A model generated the notes under the pieces. It saw only the letters and a list, made by a program, of their open reading frames with translations, made no database searches and had not been told where the DNA came from. Source: Lobosporangium transversale (lineage: Eukaryota). Taken from it: 38,847 nt of DNA. The stretch is taken from positions 1 through 38,847 of the forward strand of contig NW_019029079.1 in assembly GCF_002105155.1 (NCBI RefSeq). The letters are read 5' to 3'. A program made the translations under genes and the position numbers. Position 1 is the first letter of the stretch, and each line of letters opens with the position of its first letter. Below, piece after piece: positions 23,123 to 33,870 of this stretch.

Positions 23123-24759
23123 GAGGTATTTGATTCCGGAGGCGCTTGTTTTTGCCTGGATGGACTGTTCGACCTTTCTTTGGTTTAGTCCTTTTGCTGG
23201 TGGCGCCGAGCTTTCGTTACCAGTGCCTTCCAGACCACACGATGAGAAGTGGCCTGGTCGCTATGATTTGGTGTTGTTCGTGAAGCCTTGGCCATCATAC
23301 CCGAGATGGGATGGGCTGGCTATTTGGCCGCGGAGAAGGCCGTCGTTCGACTGCGGTAGACTATGAGGCCGTTTAGAGCGTGGCTGTTTAGAGCGTGGCC
23401 ATCTGGAGCGTGGCCAGTTGAATACGGCTTTTCGTTGGAGTGCAGCCGTTCGAGTATGGGCGCCTGAGTGTGGCAGCCTGGCTGTGCGTTATGAAGCCCC
23501 AGTTGCTTTAGGCAGCTTCATGTCGTTGCAGTCTAATCGTGGAATGAAAAGAGAGACACAAGCAGAAAAAGAATAATCAGAACAAGGACAGTGAAGCACA
23601 GAGTGACAGTGTTGAGAACTTCAGTGAGAGTGATTGTTTAGGGAGTGTTGCTTACCTTTTGTCTTGGTTGAGGAGGCCGATGGTCGAGGAGACCGAGGAG
23701 AAAGAGAAGAGAAAAGAAGAAAAAAGAAGAGTCAAATGGGTCCTTTTTATATTGGTTTCTTATTATTATTATTAACGTTCGCGCAAGAGGAGAAGGGCCG
23801 AGGAGTGATTGGTTTTCAAAAGCGCGCTATACTAAGTACCTTGCTTGCTGTACGCTCAAGAGCGACCAATAAAATATCAACAACAAAATAAAAAATAAAA
23901 TAATATACGTGTCTTTGATGTCATCTGTCATATTTCATATGATAAAGAAGAGACTCTCACGATTGAAAGTGGGAATAATGCTCTGTCCTCAAGACTCATA
24001 AGGAAAACCTGTCTATAAACAACCAGAGCATGAACTGTATTGCTCTCGAGCTTGTTTACTCTTATTGATAAAGGGGATCATCTTCTTTATCCTCTTCTTC
24101 TATTTCATTTCTTCACTCCTAACAAGAGATGGGATAGACTGTCGTTGGGCCTGTACTTTGGCAGCTTGCCGTTTTTCCAGAGTGTGGTGGAAAATAACAC
24201 ATGACATTCGTCAGAATACCTCTCCGCCTTTTTTTATTTTATTTTTTATTTTCATGCAATACAATGTAGAATACATTAAGATTTGAAGGTGAAACAAAGT
24301 ATCAACGTTTATATATCGACCAGTAAAAGGCACACGATCGTTTGATGATAAATATATGTATATGGAGTTTTTTTTTTTTTTTTTTTTTTTTAATCAGCTT
24401 CAATCACTTTGATCAGTTTCAGTCAAAGTCTCCATTCCACCAGATAGACTTTCCCCCTCCTTTTACTCATTCAAGCATAAGTTTCCACATACAGCACTTT
24501 CTGTCTTTCCACTCACCTCTTTTTTCTATTGAATGGTCTACGAAGGATGGCCTATTCACATTGTCATAGGTGCCATGGATGTATGTCCCACCCGCACCAC
24601 CCTATTAGCTCGAAAGGTAGGTGCAAGTCGGCTGAATATGATGGATTATTTCGAGAAAGAATCAGAGCTGTTATGCCTTCCTGGGGTCTTTGGCAATGCC
24701 AACGGGCTGAACATGTCCACGACCACTCAAATCATGACCTCTGACGGCGATAACGAGAC

Positions 24760-24967
24760 TGAAATATATTTTGTAGATAGATCGTGAGCAGTAGAAAAAG
24801 TAAGTAAGAATTAGATGTGGGCCCACACCCATGGAGGTATTTATTCATTCCCTGGTAGAGGAGCCTGTAGCGGGTAACTACATATCTATCTATAAGATGG
24901 CATTGATTTGTTCTAGAACCTCATATCGAAAATTTATCTCGTCAAGGTGTGTGGCGCGTTATTGCCA
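24760..24967 (+). mobile_element. Truncated solo LTR (family A)
   Basis: Starts TGAAATATATTTTGTAGATAGAT and aligns with 15860 onward up to TGTGTGGCGCGTTATTGCC, then similarity stops. The 3' end is missing. Confidence 0.8.
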
Positions 24968-24973
24968 CATAAG

Positions 24974-25430
24974 TCACATAGACTTACCAAACACTTGCAG
25001 ACAAGGGATCTCCATCACAACCCGTTCATTACGTAGGTTCTCGTCAATCGTGTCCTTGGCAAACCTCATTAGGCTCCATTGGTCTTCGACAAATAAATGT
25101 AGGCTTCGCTTGTCCTTAGACGACTTGGTCTCAGCATAAGCCGCCTCAAAAATGTACTTTCGAATCGTCACATCTGGTTTCAGCGGATCCCCTTGCCGTA
25201 CGCCGTACTCCAGCGAGGATCGGTTAGCCCAATCAAGCGCAAAAGCCTAGTCATCCGCTGGGAAGAAATAAGTCATCAATGGATCCAAAGCTCCGCGCGC
25301 AAATGAGTCTTCAAGCTTGTTTGAGAAGGGATAGCTCTTTTCTGCCAACTCCTTAGAGCTATGTTCAATCCACAAAGATTGAGGAAAATAAAATGTTTGC
25401 GCTTGATAGTTTCCCATCATAACCAAGTAC
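24974..25430 (-). pseudogene. Gene relic with PD-(D/E)xK-like motif
   Basis: Two ORF-track pieces are in one frame separated by a single TAG (25249-25247): ...FFPADD*AFALDWANRSSLEYGVRQGDPLKPDVTIRKYIFEAAYAETK...ED. The family assignment is inferred from motif spacing only. Confidence 0.5.
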
Positions 25431-25598
25431 CTGTTGTTTGCTGTGAGTGATATGGGTGAGCGTAAGTACAGTGGTAGGAAGAGGATAAAGACATTTTCCT
25501 TCTCATTATCTTTGAAATCGCAGCCTTGGACTCGGATGCGTCCTGTGTGGGTCATCTCTCGGCTGAGCTGTGTACAGAGAGCGGCCACTGAGTTAAGC

Positions 25599-25826
25599 AA
25601 AAAAAAATAAAATAAAATAAAATAAAATATATTAAAATAAAATAAAATATATTAAAATAAAATAAAATATATTAAAATAAAATAAAATATATTAAAATAA
25701 AATAAAATATATTAAAATAAAATAAAATATATTAAAATAAAATAAAATATATTAAAATAAATAAAATAAAATAAAATAAAACAAAATAAGTAAATAAAAT
25801 AAAATAAAATAAAATACAATAAAAAA
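25599..25826. repeat. Nearly pure A/T satellite, 20-bp unit AAAATAAAATAAAATATATT (~7 units) decaying to (AAAAT)n
   Basis: Direct reading of the sequence. Confidence 0.95.
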
Positions 25827-25877
25827 GAAAGCGGCGTAGCGGGAATTGAAAATGGGTAATCTGCGCGCTTGTGATAT

Positions 25878-26240
25878 TGTTGGTTTTAGTTTTAGTCACG
25901 TGTAGAGGGTTCGCCACCAACTATTTAACGAGCAACAGCTCAGGAAAATCTGGCTCCTTGTTCCTTATTTTTACACAAGAGCCATTTGAGTACTGACTGT
26001 TCTCGTCCAGGTAAAGAGCCCTCACAACGTTCGTCGTTAGTAGCCATAGATCATTAAAGGTTCCTTATTTTTACACAAGAGCCATTTGAGTACTGACTGT
26101 TCTCGTCCAGTCTTCGAGTAGTGTGTGTGTGTTCTTTTATTGTGTTAGAATTATTTATCTATCAGCTGGAAGTGACCGGCTTCATAATCCACCAAAACGA
26201 CCTAAATCTCCTACCACATCTGCCCCTAAATTTTGCAACA
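25878..26240 (+). repeat. 5' LTR (363 bp)
   Basis: TGTTG...CAACA. Near-identical to 32459-32820, with only two small differing spots seen. Confidence 0.95.
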
Positions 26241-26277
26241 ATATTTCTGGTGATCTACGCAGGGGGTGGCAGCTACA

Positions 26278-27756
26278 ATGTCTTCCAATTTATCGATTCT
26301 TCTTACCATGATCCCGAAGTGGCCGTCGGCAGAGGCTGAGGGTCTAACCGCCGCGACATGGATCAGCGATTTTGGAGGTGTTATCGAAGGAGAAACCCTG
26401 AGCAACAAGTTGATGTTCGTCGAGAGGCAGGCGACAGGCAAGATCCAACGCTGGATCAGGCGCTGGAGGATGACAAACAAGACGAATGGTGCCTGGAGCC
26501 AGTTCGTCAGCGATTTCATCATGGAGGCCTCTACCCCTAGAAGCCAGGATGTCACCCTGGACGAGTTGCATTCTATTAAGCAAGGAGAAGATGAGACGAC
26601 AGCCAACTATGTACAACGAATGAAACTTACCATGGAACTCCTCGACCCAGAGTCTGGTTGCGACGCACAGCCGTACAAGATCCCAACAGCCACCGAGCGT
26701 CTACTGGCGTACAGATTTTGCAAGGGTTTGAGGCAAGACCATCCTTTCAAGGTCAAGAACAAAGAAGCGCCTGCGACCTTGAAGGAAACCTTCGAATCAG
26801 TGACACAATTGGTTGAAGGAAATCGTTGGGGCATTGACACCACTGAGAGCCGTGTCATAGCTCGCAGCAACGCTGAGCATGCTGCACCAATCGAGACGAA
26901 TGTTCTGCTTGGATCGACCCTAGTGCCGAGGACGCACTACTCTGGCTTCCTAGCGGACTTCAAAGACGACAAAGAGAAAGTTAATCAATTAAGCGTAGAC
27001 GAATTAACAGACATGTTCGGAGCCTGGACCCTTGCTGCCGAGGAGCGAACTCCGGAGGCGCGAATCGCTCAGACTATCTCAAGAATGAAGCCCGGCTGTA
27101 GCGAGGCGAGTGTTTGGTTCCTCTGAATTGGCCAAGCATATTAGAGTGGAGGCTAGACCTAATGCCGTGCTCCAACCCGCCGAAGTTCGAAGTCAGCAGG
27201 CTATCCCTATGGCCCGTAGAACCTGCCATAAATGTAATCAAGAGGGGCACCTCTTGTCGTTCTGGCCCATTGGTGGAATGCTTCCGATGTGGCGAGCGAG
27301 GCCATACTTCGAAAGGGTTTTGCACTAAGGAACAAGGAAGCCCCGCCACAGGCCGCCAATAGCGTCCCATTGGCCACTCAAACTAACTCCTCGCTAAGAG
27401 TGCAAAGTTTAGAAATCTCCGCCACTAATGTCGCCCAATCATTTATCACGACTAAGCCACAGCGATTAAATTCGACAGGTGCCCAGCGACGTCGCAGTGA
27501 GAGGACAGGCACTCCTGCAGGTCCATCGTCTCAACGAAGAGAGGAAACGAGAGGCACTACTCCACCTGTCCGAGGAATGCAGTGGGAGGCTGAGGCATCC
27601 ACTAGTAGTGCGCAACCTTCTGGGGACCCCCACTTCCAGACAGTGACTTTTGATGACAGAGCGGTCGACGGGCGAGAGAATAATGTTGCAGAAGCTCCAA
27701 ATGCGACGCCAAAGCGTACCAGGAAGCGCGTCATTCCTGATCCAGTGGTTCGTTGA
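26278..27756 (+). pseudogene. Ty3/Gypsy gag, frameshifted in this sequence
   Basis: Capsid-like W..F...F and LHSIKQGEDET..YVQR..L..FCKGL motifs. Two zinc knuckles (CHKCNQEGH.., CFRCGERGHTSKGFC) fall in different frames after 27120. The 3' limit is approximate. Confidence 0.8.
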
Positions 27757-27899
27757 TGCGGTCGAAGGATTGAATTTTGATTTGGCCACTCACTCCAAGT
27801 ACCGTGGAAAGATGCAGTGCAACTCAAGGCAGCTGTTACCGAGGCCTGGGCCCGCCATGCCCCTCCAAGAAGAAGCAAGCCTAAGAGGAGTCAGTCAGC

Positions 27900-30800
27900 A
27901 ATAGCTATGGCCAGGAACGTTCAAGGTGGCAAGGGTGATGTCACGACCGTCACCGCCTTGGGACGAGACTTCAACAACGCCGTTATTGATCCAGGCAATG
28001 ACCATACTATGATGGGCCTACATGTGGCAAACGCACTCGGACTGAAGTTAGAGCCTGCTACTCGTGCGGTGCTATTAGCCCATGGGTCCTTCCAGAAGCT
28101 TGCGGGCCGCACAAGACCTATCGATATTTATGTGTCCGGGATCCCCCTGAGAATGTCGATGGGAGTGATCGACTGTAAGGGCACATATGACTTCCTCCTT
28201 GGCGATGACTGGCTCAAGGCGCTGAAAAGCCAAGGCTGATTGGAGCAACGGTATCGTGTACTACGTGGAGAGTGAGGGAAGGACTATCACCCTTGGTGGC
28301 GGTCTAAATGTTCGCGCCTCAACCCCTCAGCCTACGACATCAACGTACTTGTCTGATGAGAGCGATGAGTATGATGATGAGTACGACGACTATGAGGATG
28401 ACGAATCAATCTACGAGACGGAAGAATCCGATGCTGATGCAGGGTACAGAGCCTTGAGAGTGAAGACAATAGAGGTTGGTGACCCGGATCTGCAGGCGAT
28501 GACCGCAAGAGTGTTCTCTAGCAAGATACAGTGCGAGAATGACGATGCTCGCGTAAAAAGGCAGCCGTTCGCGGTTGACGGAGTCAACGTGGACATCAAC
28601 CCAAATTTGTCCAATGAGCAATACGGACAGATTGTGGAGTTACTTGAAAAGAATAAGGACAGGCTGACTACCAACCTTGAGGACCTCGAAGTGACGTCTA
28701 TTTTAGAACATGAGATCAACATTCAACCAGGCGCCAAGCCAGTGTACGTAGGATGGTGCAAACGGTACTCGCCGAAGGAGCTTGACTTCCTTAAGAAGAG
28801 TGTTGATGATGAGCTTAAGGCAGGAAAAATCATAGAGATGGAGAGCGAGTTGGTGCGCGCCGCTGAGTCTTGCTCCTAAGAAAGACGGATCCTTGCGCAA
28901 GTGCGTCGCATACATAGGCCTAAATAAGGTTACCGAAAGGGAGAGCTGGCCACTGCCAAACATCGAGGAAATACTTGACAACTTAGGCGGATTCGAGTAC
29001 TACAGTAGCCTGGACGGATTTCAAGGTTATTACGTGATTGGCATCAAAAAAGAGCATGTCAAGTATCTTGGCTTCCGTACGCCTTTTGGGACGTTTGCAT
29101 ACAAGGTAATGCCATTTGGGCTCAAGAACGCGCCACATACCTTCAGTCGCTTCGTTAGAAAAGTGTACTCAGACCTTATCGGAAGAGTGCTTGAGGCGTA
29201 CATGGACGATGTGTGCGTGCGCACGATGACCTGGGGAGAGCATTTGAGAGCCCTCGATCATACGTTTGCGGCAGCTCGCGCAGGAGGAGTCAAGTACAAG
29301 ACTAGTAAGCTCCATTTCGGGTATGACAAGGTGAAGTTTACTGGCCACGTGGTCGGCAAAGATGGAATTGAGGTCATGCCAGACAAAGTTGACAAGGTCA
29401 AGAATTTCACCCCATTACGTAGCAAGGAAGATGTACGTGCATTCTTGGGCTTGACGGGCTACTATCGAAGGTTCGTCGAAAGCTACGCTCAGATTGCAGA
29501 GCCGCTGACGAGGCTCCTCAAGAAAGGTGCAAGCTTCACCATGGGTCCTGAACAGGTGGCCGCAGTAAAGGGTCTCAAAGCCAAGTTAATTCAAGCTCCG
29601 GTACTTAAGGCTCCAGATTTCGAGAAGGATTGGGTGGTCTCGTGTGACGCCTGCAAATACGCTATGGGCGCAGTGCTAGAACAAGAAGATGAGGAGGGTA
29701 AGTTGAGACCGGTCTACTTTTACTCGAAGACCTTTCAAGGAGCCGAACGCAACTACTCTACCTTTGAGCAAGAGTGCCTCGCCGTTGTCATAGCCGTCAA
29801 GAAGTTTCGGCCTTACATCCTGGGTAGGTCCGTTGTCGTTTACACAGACCATGCGCCACTCAAATGGTTGTTTTCCAAGACTGATCTGACTGGTCGACCT
29901 GCGCGGTGGCAGATGATTCTGTCGGAATTCGAGCTGGTCATTAAGACCAAACCAGGTACGAAGAACGGCAATGCAGACGGGATGAGTCGCATTATGTCGG
30001 AAGGAATAGCCACGGATGACATCGATGACGAGGTGCCAGAGTGTCTGAGCCGAAGGGCAGAATCCACAGGAGAAAAGTGGCTGGCGAGCCAATGGTACGC
30101 GAACTTCTACATGTACCTAGCCGAGATGAGACTGGAGTTAGAAGACAAAGTTGAAATGAGGAGGATCAAGAGACAGGCATACAGGTTTCGACTGACGAAG
30201 GAAGGTGACCTACTGTATAGAGATGCCGACAACAGAGAGAAGAGGTGCGTAGTTGAGGATGAAGTCGAGGGTGTGCTGAAGGAGGCACACGACAAGGGCG
30301 GTCACTATGGAGCAGAGTCTACCCTAGCAACAGTTCGTGACGTGTGTTGGTGGCCAACGATGAGACGGGATGTATTCCACTGGGTCAAGTCTTGCGGCCG
30401 TTGCCAGCAATTTGGAAGTCGAGTGAAACATAACAGGTTGCATCCTACGGTCTCCGAGTTCCCATTTGAAGTTCTCTTCGTTGACTTGATTGAGAACTTA
30501 GTCGAAACGCCTAGGGGGATGACCACCATAGTCGTCTTCACAGATTCCTTCACCAAGTGGACTGAAGCACATGCAGTGGCCAACAAAGGCGCGCAAGGCG
30601 TCCTAGCTGTTCTATTTATGAAGATTATCTGTCGGTTCGGGCTCCCTGTTATGATTAGATCGGATGGAGGCCCCGCATTTCGTAACGAATTCAAGACTTT
30701 CTGTGACCTCTGGGGGATCAAGCACGTCACTGGTTCGACAAGGCATCCGCAAAGTCAGGGACAGGTCGAGGCGACAAATAAGCTTATCGAGGAGCGACTG

Positions 30801-32009
30801 AGGAGAGTACTGCCAGCTGGATCTAAGGATTGGGATGCATTCCTACCGAAAGCAGTATTCGACGTGAATTGTCGAGTCGTTAGGAGCACAGGAGTGTCGC
30901 CAATGGAAGCACTTATGGGCTACACAGGACAGTCAGCGTTACGGCGACTGTTCGCGGACGACAAGTTCCTCGTTTCAGCAGAGGCACCGGAAGAGAACGA
31001 TGTAGTCCTAGAAGAAAGCATGGCGAGATTTATCGTAAGAAGAGAGGGAATCCGTGAGTATGCATACTCATGCAAGCTTAATGCCAATGACAGGATGAAA
31101 CGTTACTATGATCGACGTGTTCGCCCACAATCGTTCGAAGTAGGATCAAGGGTTTACATGTTCAATTTGGATTTCGTCACAGGCTTTGGACGCAAGCTGG
31201 AGCCGCGTTGGTTAGGTCCATTTGAAGTAGTCTGGGCGAATGAAAAGGGATCATATGGGATCAAGACGGGTCGAACGCATTATGGCACAAAGGATGGGGT
31301 AGAAACAATTAATGGAGACTTCCTCAAGCTCGCAACTCAAAGGCAACGATTATGGGAAGATGATTTTATTGAGAACCTACAGAGAGCTACTGAGAAGAAT
31401 CCCCACTACGCCGACACCGAACAACCTCTCGCGCCAGATCAATTACACCAGCCAAGTCTGGGTCGGGGGCGGGAGGACACAGCAAACGAAGGCACTCCAA
31501 TCCAATCTCCACATCCCTTGTCGCCAAGGACAGGTCAAGCTCAATCTCGTGACGCTCCTCAGGCGCAAGTTGCACCTTCCGTGAACGAAGCCTCTCGCGA
31601 AGACGCGACTGGTCAGCCAAGCCTCTGGAGAATGCCACCTCGCCGTGAAGAAGATACTTCGCCCGTACGCGTTTCTCAATTGGCTCGTCTATGTCTTGAA
31701 AGGCCTCAGCTGACCGCTTATTTAGCTCTCGAGCGGGGGGGGAACTGTCTGGGACTGAGGAGATTCTGGAGAAGACTTCTCCGCTGCAAATGGCGAAACA
31801 GAGGAAGGGCCAACCTCGTGGTCAGTAAGGGCAACCACCTCAGGAGAAGCAGAAGAAGGGGGAGTGACAACGACGGCAGGAGCAGGAACAACGGCAGGAG
31901 TAGAAGAAGAAGCAGAAGCAGGAGGAGTGGTAGGGGTCGAAGGAGTGATAGGAGAGTGAGAAGTGACAGCAGGACGCGACTCTGGAGACGTGCCCAAAGA
32001 CAGACTTAA
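27900..32009 (+). CDS. Ty3/Gypsy pol (aspartic protease, RT, RNase H, integrase); apparent +1 frameshifts near 28225-28228 and 28850
   Basis: Protease AVIDPG...LLGDDWL. RT MPFGLKNAP and YMDD. RNase H CDAC, EQEC, TDH, NADGMSR. Integrase H-X4-H...CGRC, D..SDGG..QGQVE, and WLGPF. No chromodomain recognised. Start is approximate. Confidence 0.9.
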
Positions 32010-32102
32010 GCTCTTGTCTGAAGAGGGAAGCATTGTCTTGGTGGAAGTGGTTGGTCTTGGGCAAGGAGGAACCTCGTCTTTCTTAATAACAGTGCGGGCC
32101 AT
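31387..32102 (-). CDS. Putative antisense accessory gene of the Ty3/Gypsy element (~238 aa if the G8 run at 31735-31742 is G9)
   Basis: ATG 32102 (MARTVIKK...) opens an S/P/T-rich frame to the G run. A second stop-free frame runs from the G run to 31387 (ARELNKRSAEAFQDIDEPIEKRVRAKYLLHGEVAFSRGL...). Confidence 0.55.
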
Positions 32103-32458
32103 GATGACGATGAAGTAGTTCAAGCAGGGCAAGGAGGAAGGAGTTGCGAATGAAAAAAAAAAAAGAAAAAAAAAAAAAAAAAAAAAAAAAAGGGAATGGA
32201 GGAATGAACCAACATTTATGTCCATGGCAACATCATCATGTGGAAGTAATGGCGTGATCACGGATCAAAATGATTGGCCGAAGAAAGAAAATTTTCCTTG
32301 GTCGATGCCAAGGCGAACCAAAGGGTGACAAGAACAATGATGCAATGACCAAAATGCGGGGTAGCAAGAGTCAAGGTGGTAGAAGCGCAAACAGCACAAT
32401 GAGTTTCTTTCTTTTTGAGCTGCGGCTTGGCGGAGCCGAACTTCGCAGCTGGTGGGGG

Positions 32459-32820
32459 TGTTGGTTTTAGTTTTAGTCACGTGTAGAGGGTTCGCCACCA
32501 ACTATTTAACGAGCAACAGCTCAGGAAAATCTGGCTCCTTGTTCCTTATTTTTACACAAGAGCCATTTGAGTACTGACTGTTCTCGTCCAGGTAAAGAGC
32601 CCTCACAACGTTCGTCGTTAGTAGCCATAGATCATTAAAGGTTCCTTATTTTTCACAAGAGCCATTTGAGTACTGACTGTTCTCGTCCAGTCTTCGGTGA
32701 GTGTGTGTGTGTTCTTTTATTGTGTTAGAATTATTTATCTATCAGCTGGAAGTGACCGGCTTCATAATCCACCAAAACGACCTAAATCTCCTACCACATC
32801 TGCCCCTAAATTTTGCAACA
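32459..32820 (+). repeat. 3' LTR (362 bp)
   Basis: Follows the GGTGGGGG PPT. TGTTG...CAACA termini. Confidence 0.95.
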
Positions 32821-33739
32821 ATATCATCCGTCAATTTTCATATGCTCGCAAGGTGGAGAAAGAGAAAACTCTTACGGGTGGAGGGATAACCATCCTCAAA
32901 GATATGCAGGGTCATATATCATACAACAACAAGAGCACGAGCCACAATGCAACAAAGAGAGAAAGGGTGTGACGCGACTAAAGTAAAAGGACAGGATTCA
33001 GAGCACAAGCTTATCAACACTCGCATACCCTTTTTCGCCAGCAATTAAGCTCGAGTACCTTTTTTTCTTTAGCAATGGGGTTCATCAGGCACTGTCAGTA
33101 GAGTTTGCTATTTGACTCTCTTCTCCCATTCTTTCTCTTCATCCTTAACAAAGAATAGGATCATTGTCGTGGGAACTGTGCTGCGGCAGTTTTTGTTCAA
33201 ACAGACATTTTTCCTTTTTTTCTTTTCCTTATTTTCCTTTTCAAAGGCCAAGAGATACGACACGTCATTCCTCGATACGATCGTGTGCCTTTTACTGGTC
33301 GATATATAAACGTTGATATTTGTTTCACTTCAAATCTTAATGTATTCTACATTGTATTGCATGAAAATAAAAAATAAAATAAAAAAAGGCGGAGAGGTAT
33401 TCTGAACGAATTCATGTGTTATTTTCCACCACACCTGGAAAAACGGCAAGCTGCCAAAGTACAGGCCCAACGACAGTCTATCCCATCTCTTGTTAGGAGT
33501 GAAGAAATGAAATAGAAGAAGAGGATAAAGAAGATGATCCCCTTTATCAATAAGAGTAAACAAGCTCGAGAGCAATACAGTTCATGCTCTGGTTGTTTAT
33601 AGACAGGTTTTCCTTATGAGTCTTGAGGACAGAGCATTATTCCCACTTTCAATCGTGAGAGTCTCTTCTTTATCATATGAAATATGACAGATGACATCAA
33701 AGACACGTATATTATTTTATTTTTTATTTTGTTGTTGAT

Positions 33740-33870
33740 ATTTTATTGGTCGCTCTTGAGCGTACAGCAAGCAAGGTACTTAGTATAGCGCGCTTTTAAA
33801 ACCAATCACTCCTCGGCCCTTCTCCTCTTGCGCGAACGTTAATAATAATAATAAGAAACCAATATAAAAA
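33740..33870 (+). promoter_or_regulatory. Candidate Pol II promoter (three CCAAT boxes + TATAAAAA); mirror copy at ~23744-23875 on the minus strand
   Basis: ATTGG ~33745, CCAAT ~33802, CCAATATAAAAAGG ~33859-33872, followed by a CT-rich leader and a GTAAG..TAG intron-like segment (33959-34083). Confidence 0.5.

Larger units (their letters stand above)
18943..24341 (+). repeat. Left arm of giant inverted repeat (>=5.4 kb; outer end cannot be defined)
   Basis: Reverse complement of 33277-38847 throughout, with mirrored ORFs in the six-frame track. Differences are mostly 1-bp indels and repeat copy number. Confidence 0.97.
25878..32820 (+). mobile_element. Full-length Ty3/Gypsy LTR retrotransposon (6943 bp)
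   Basis: Two ~363-bp LTRs (TGTTG...CAACA), a G-rich PPT before 32459, domain order gag-PR-RT-RH-IN, and ATAT on both flanks. Confidence 0.97.

Noticed and set aside
31740..32009. Arg-rich protamine-like C-terminal tail of Pol
   Set aside because: Probably an off-frame read past the G8 run. It is the antisense shadow of the S/P/T-rich minus-strand ORF.
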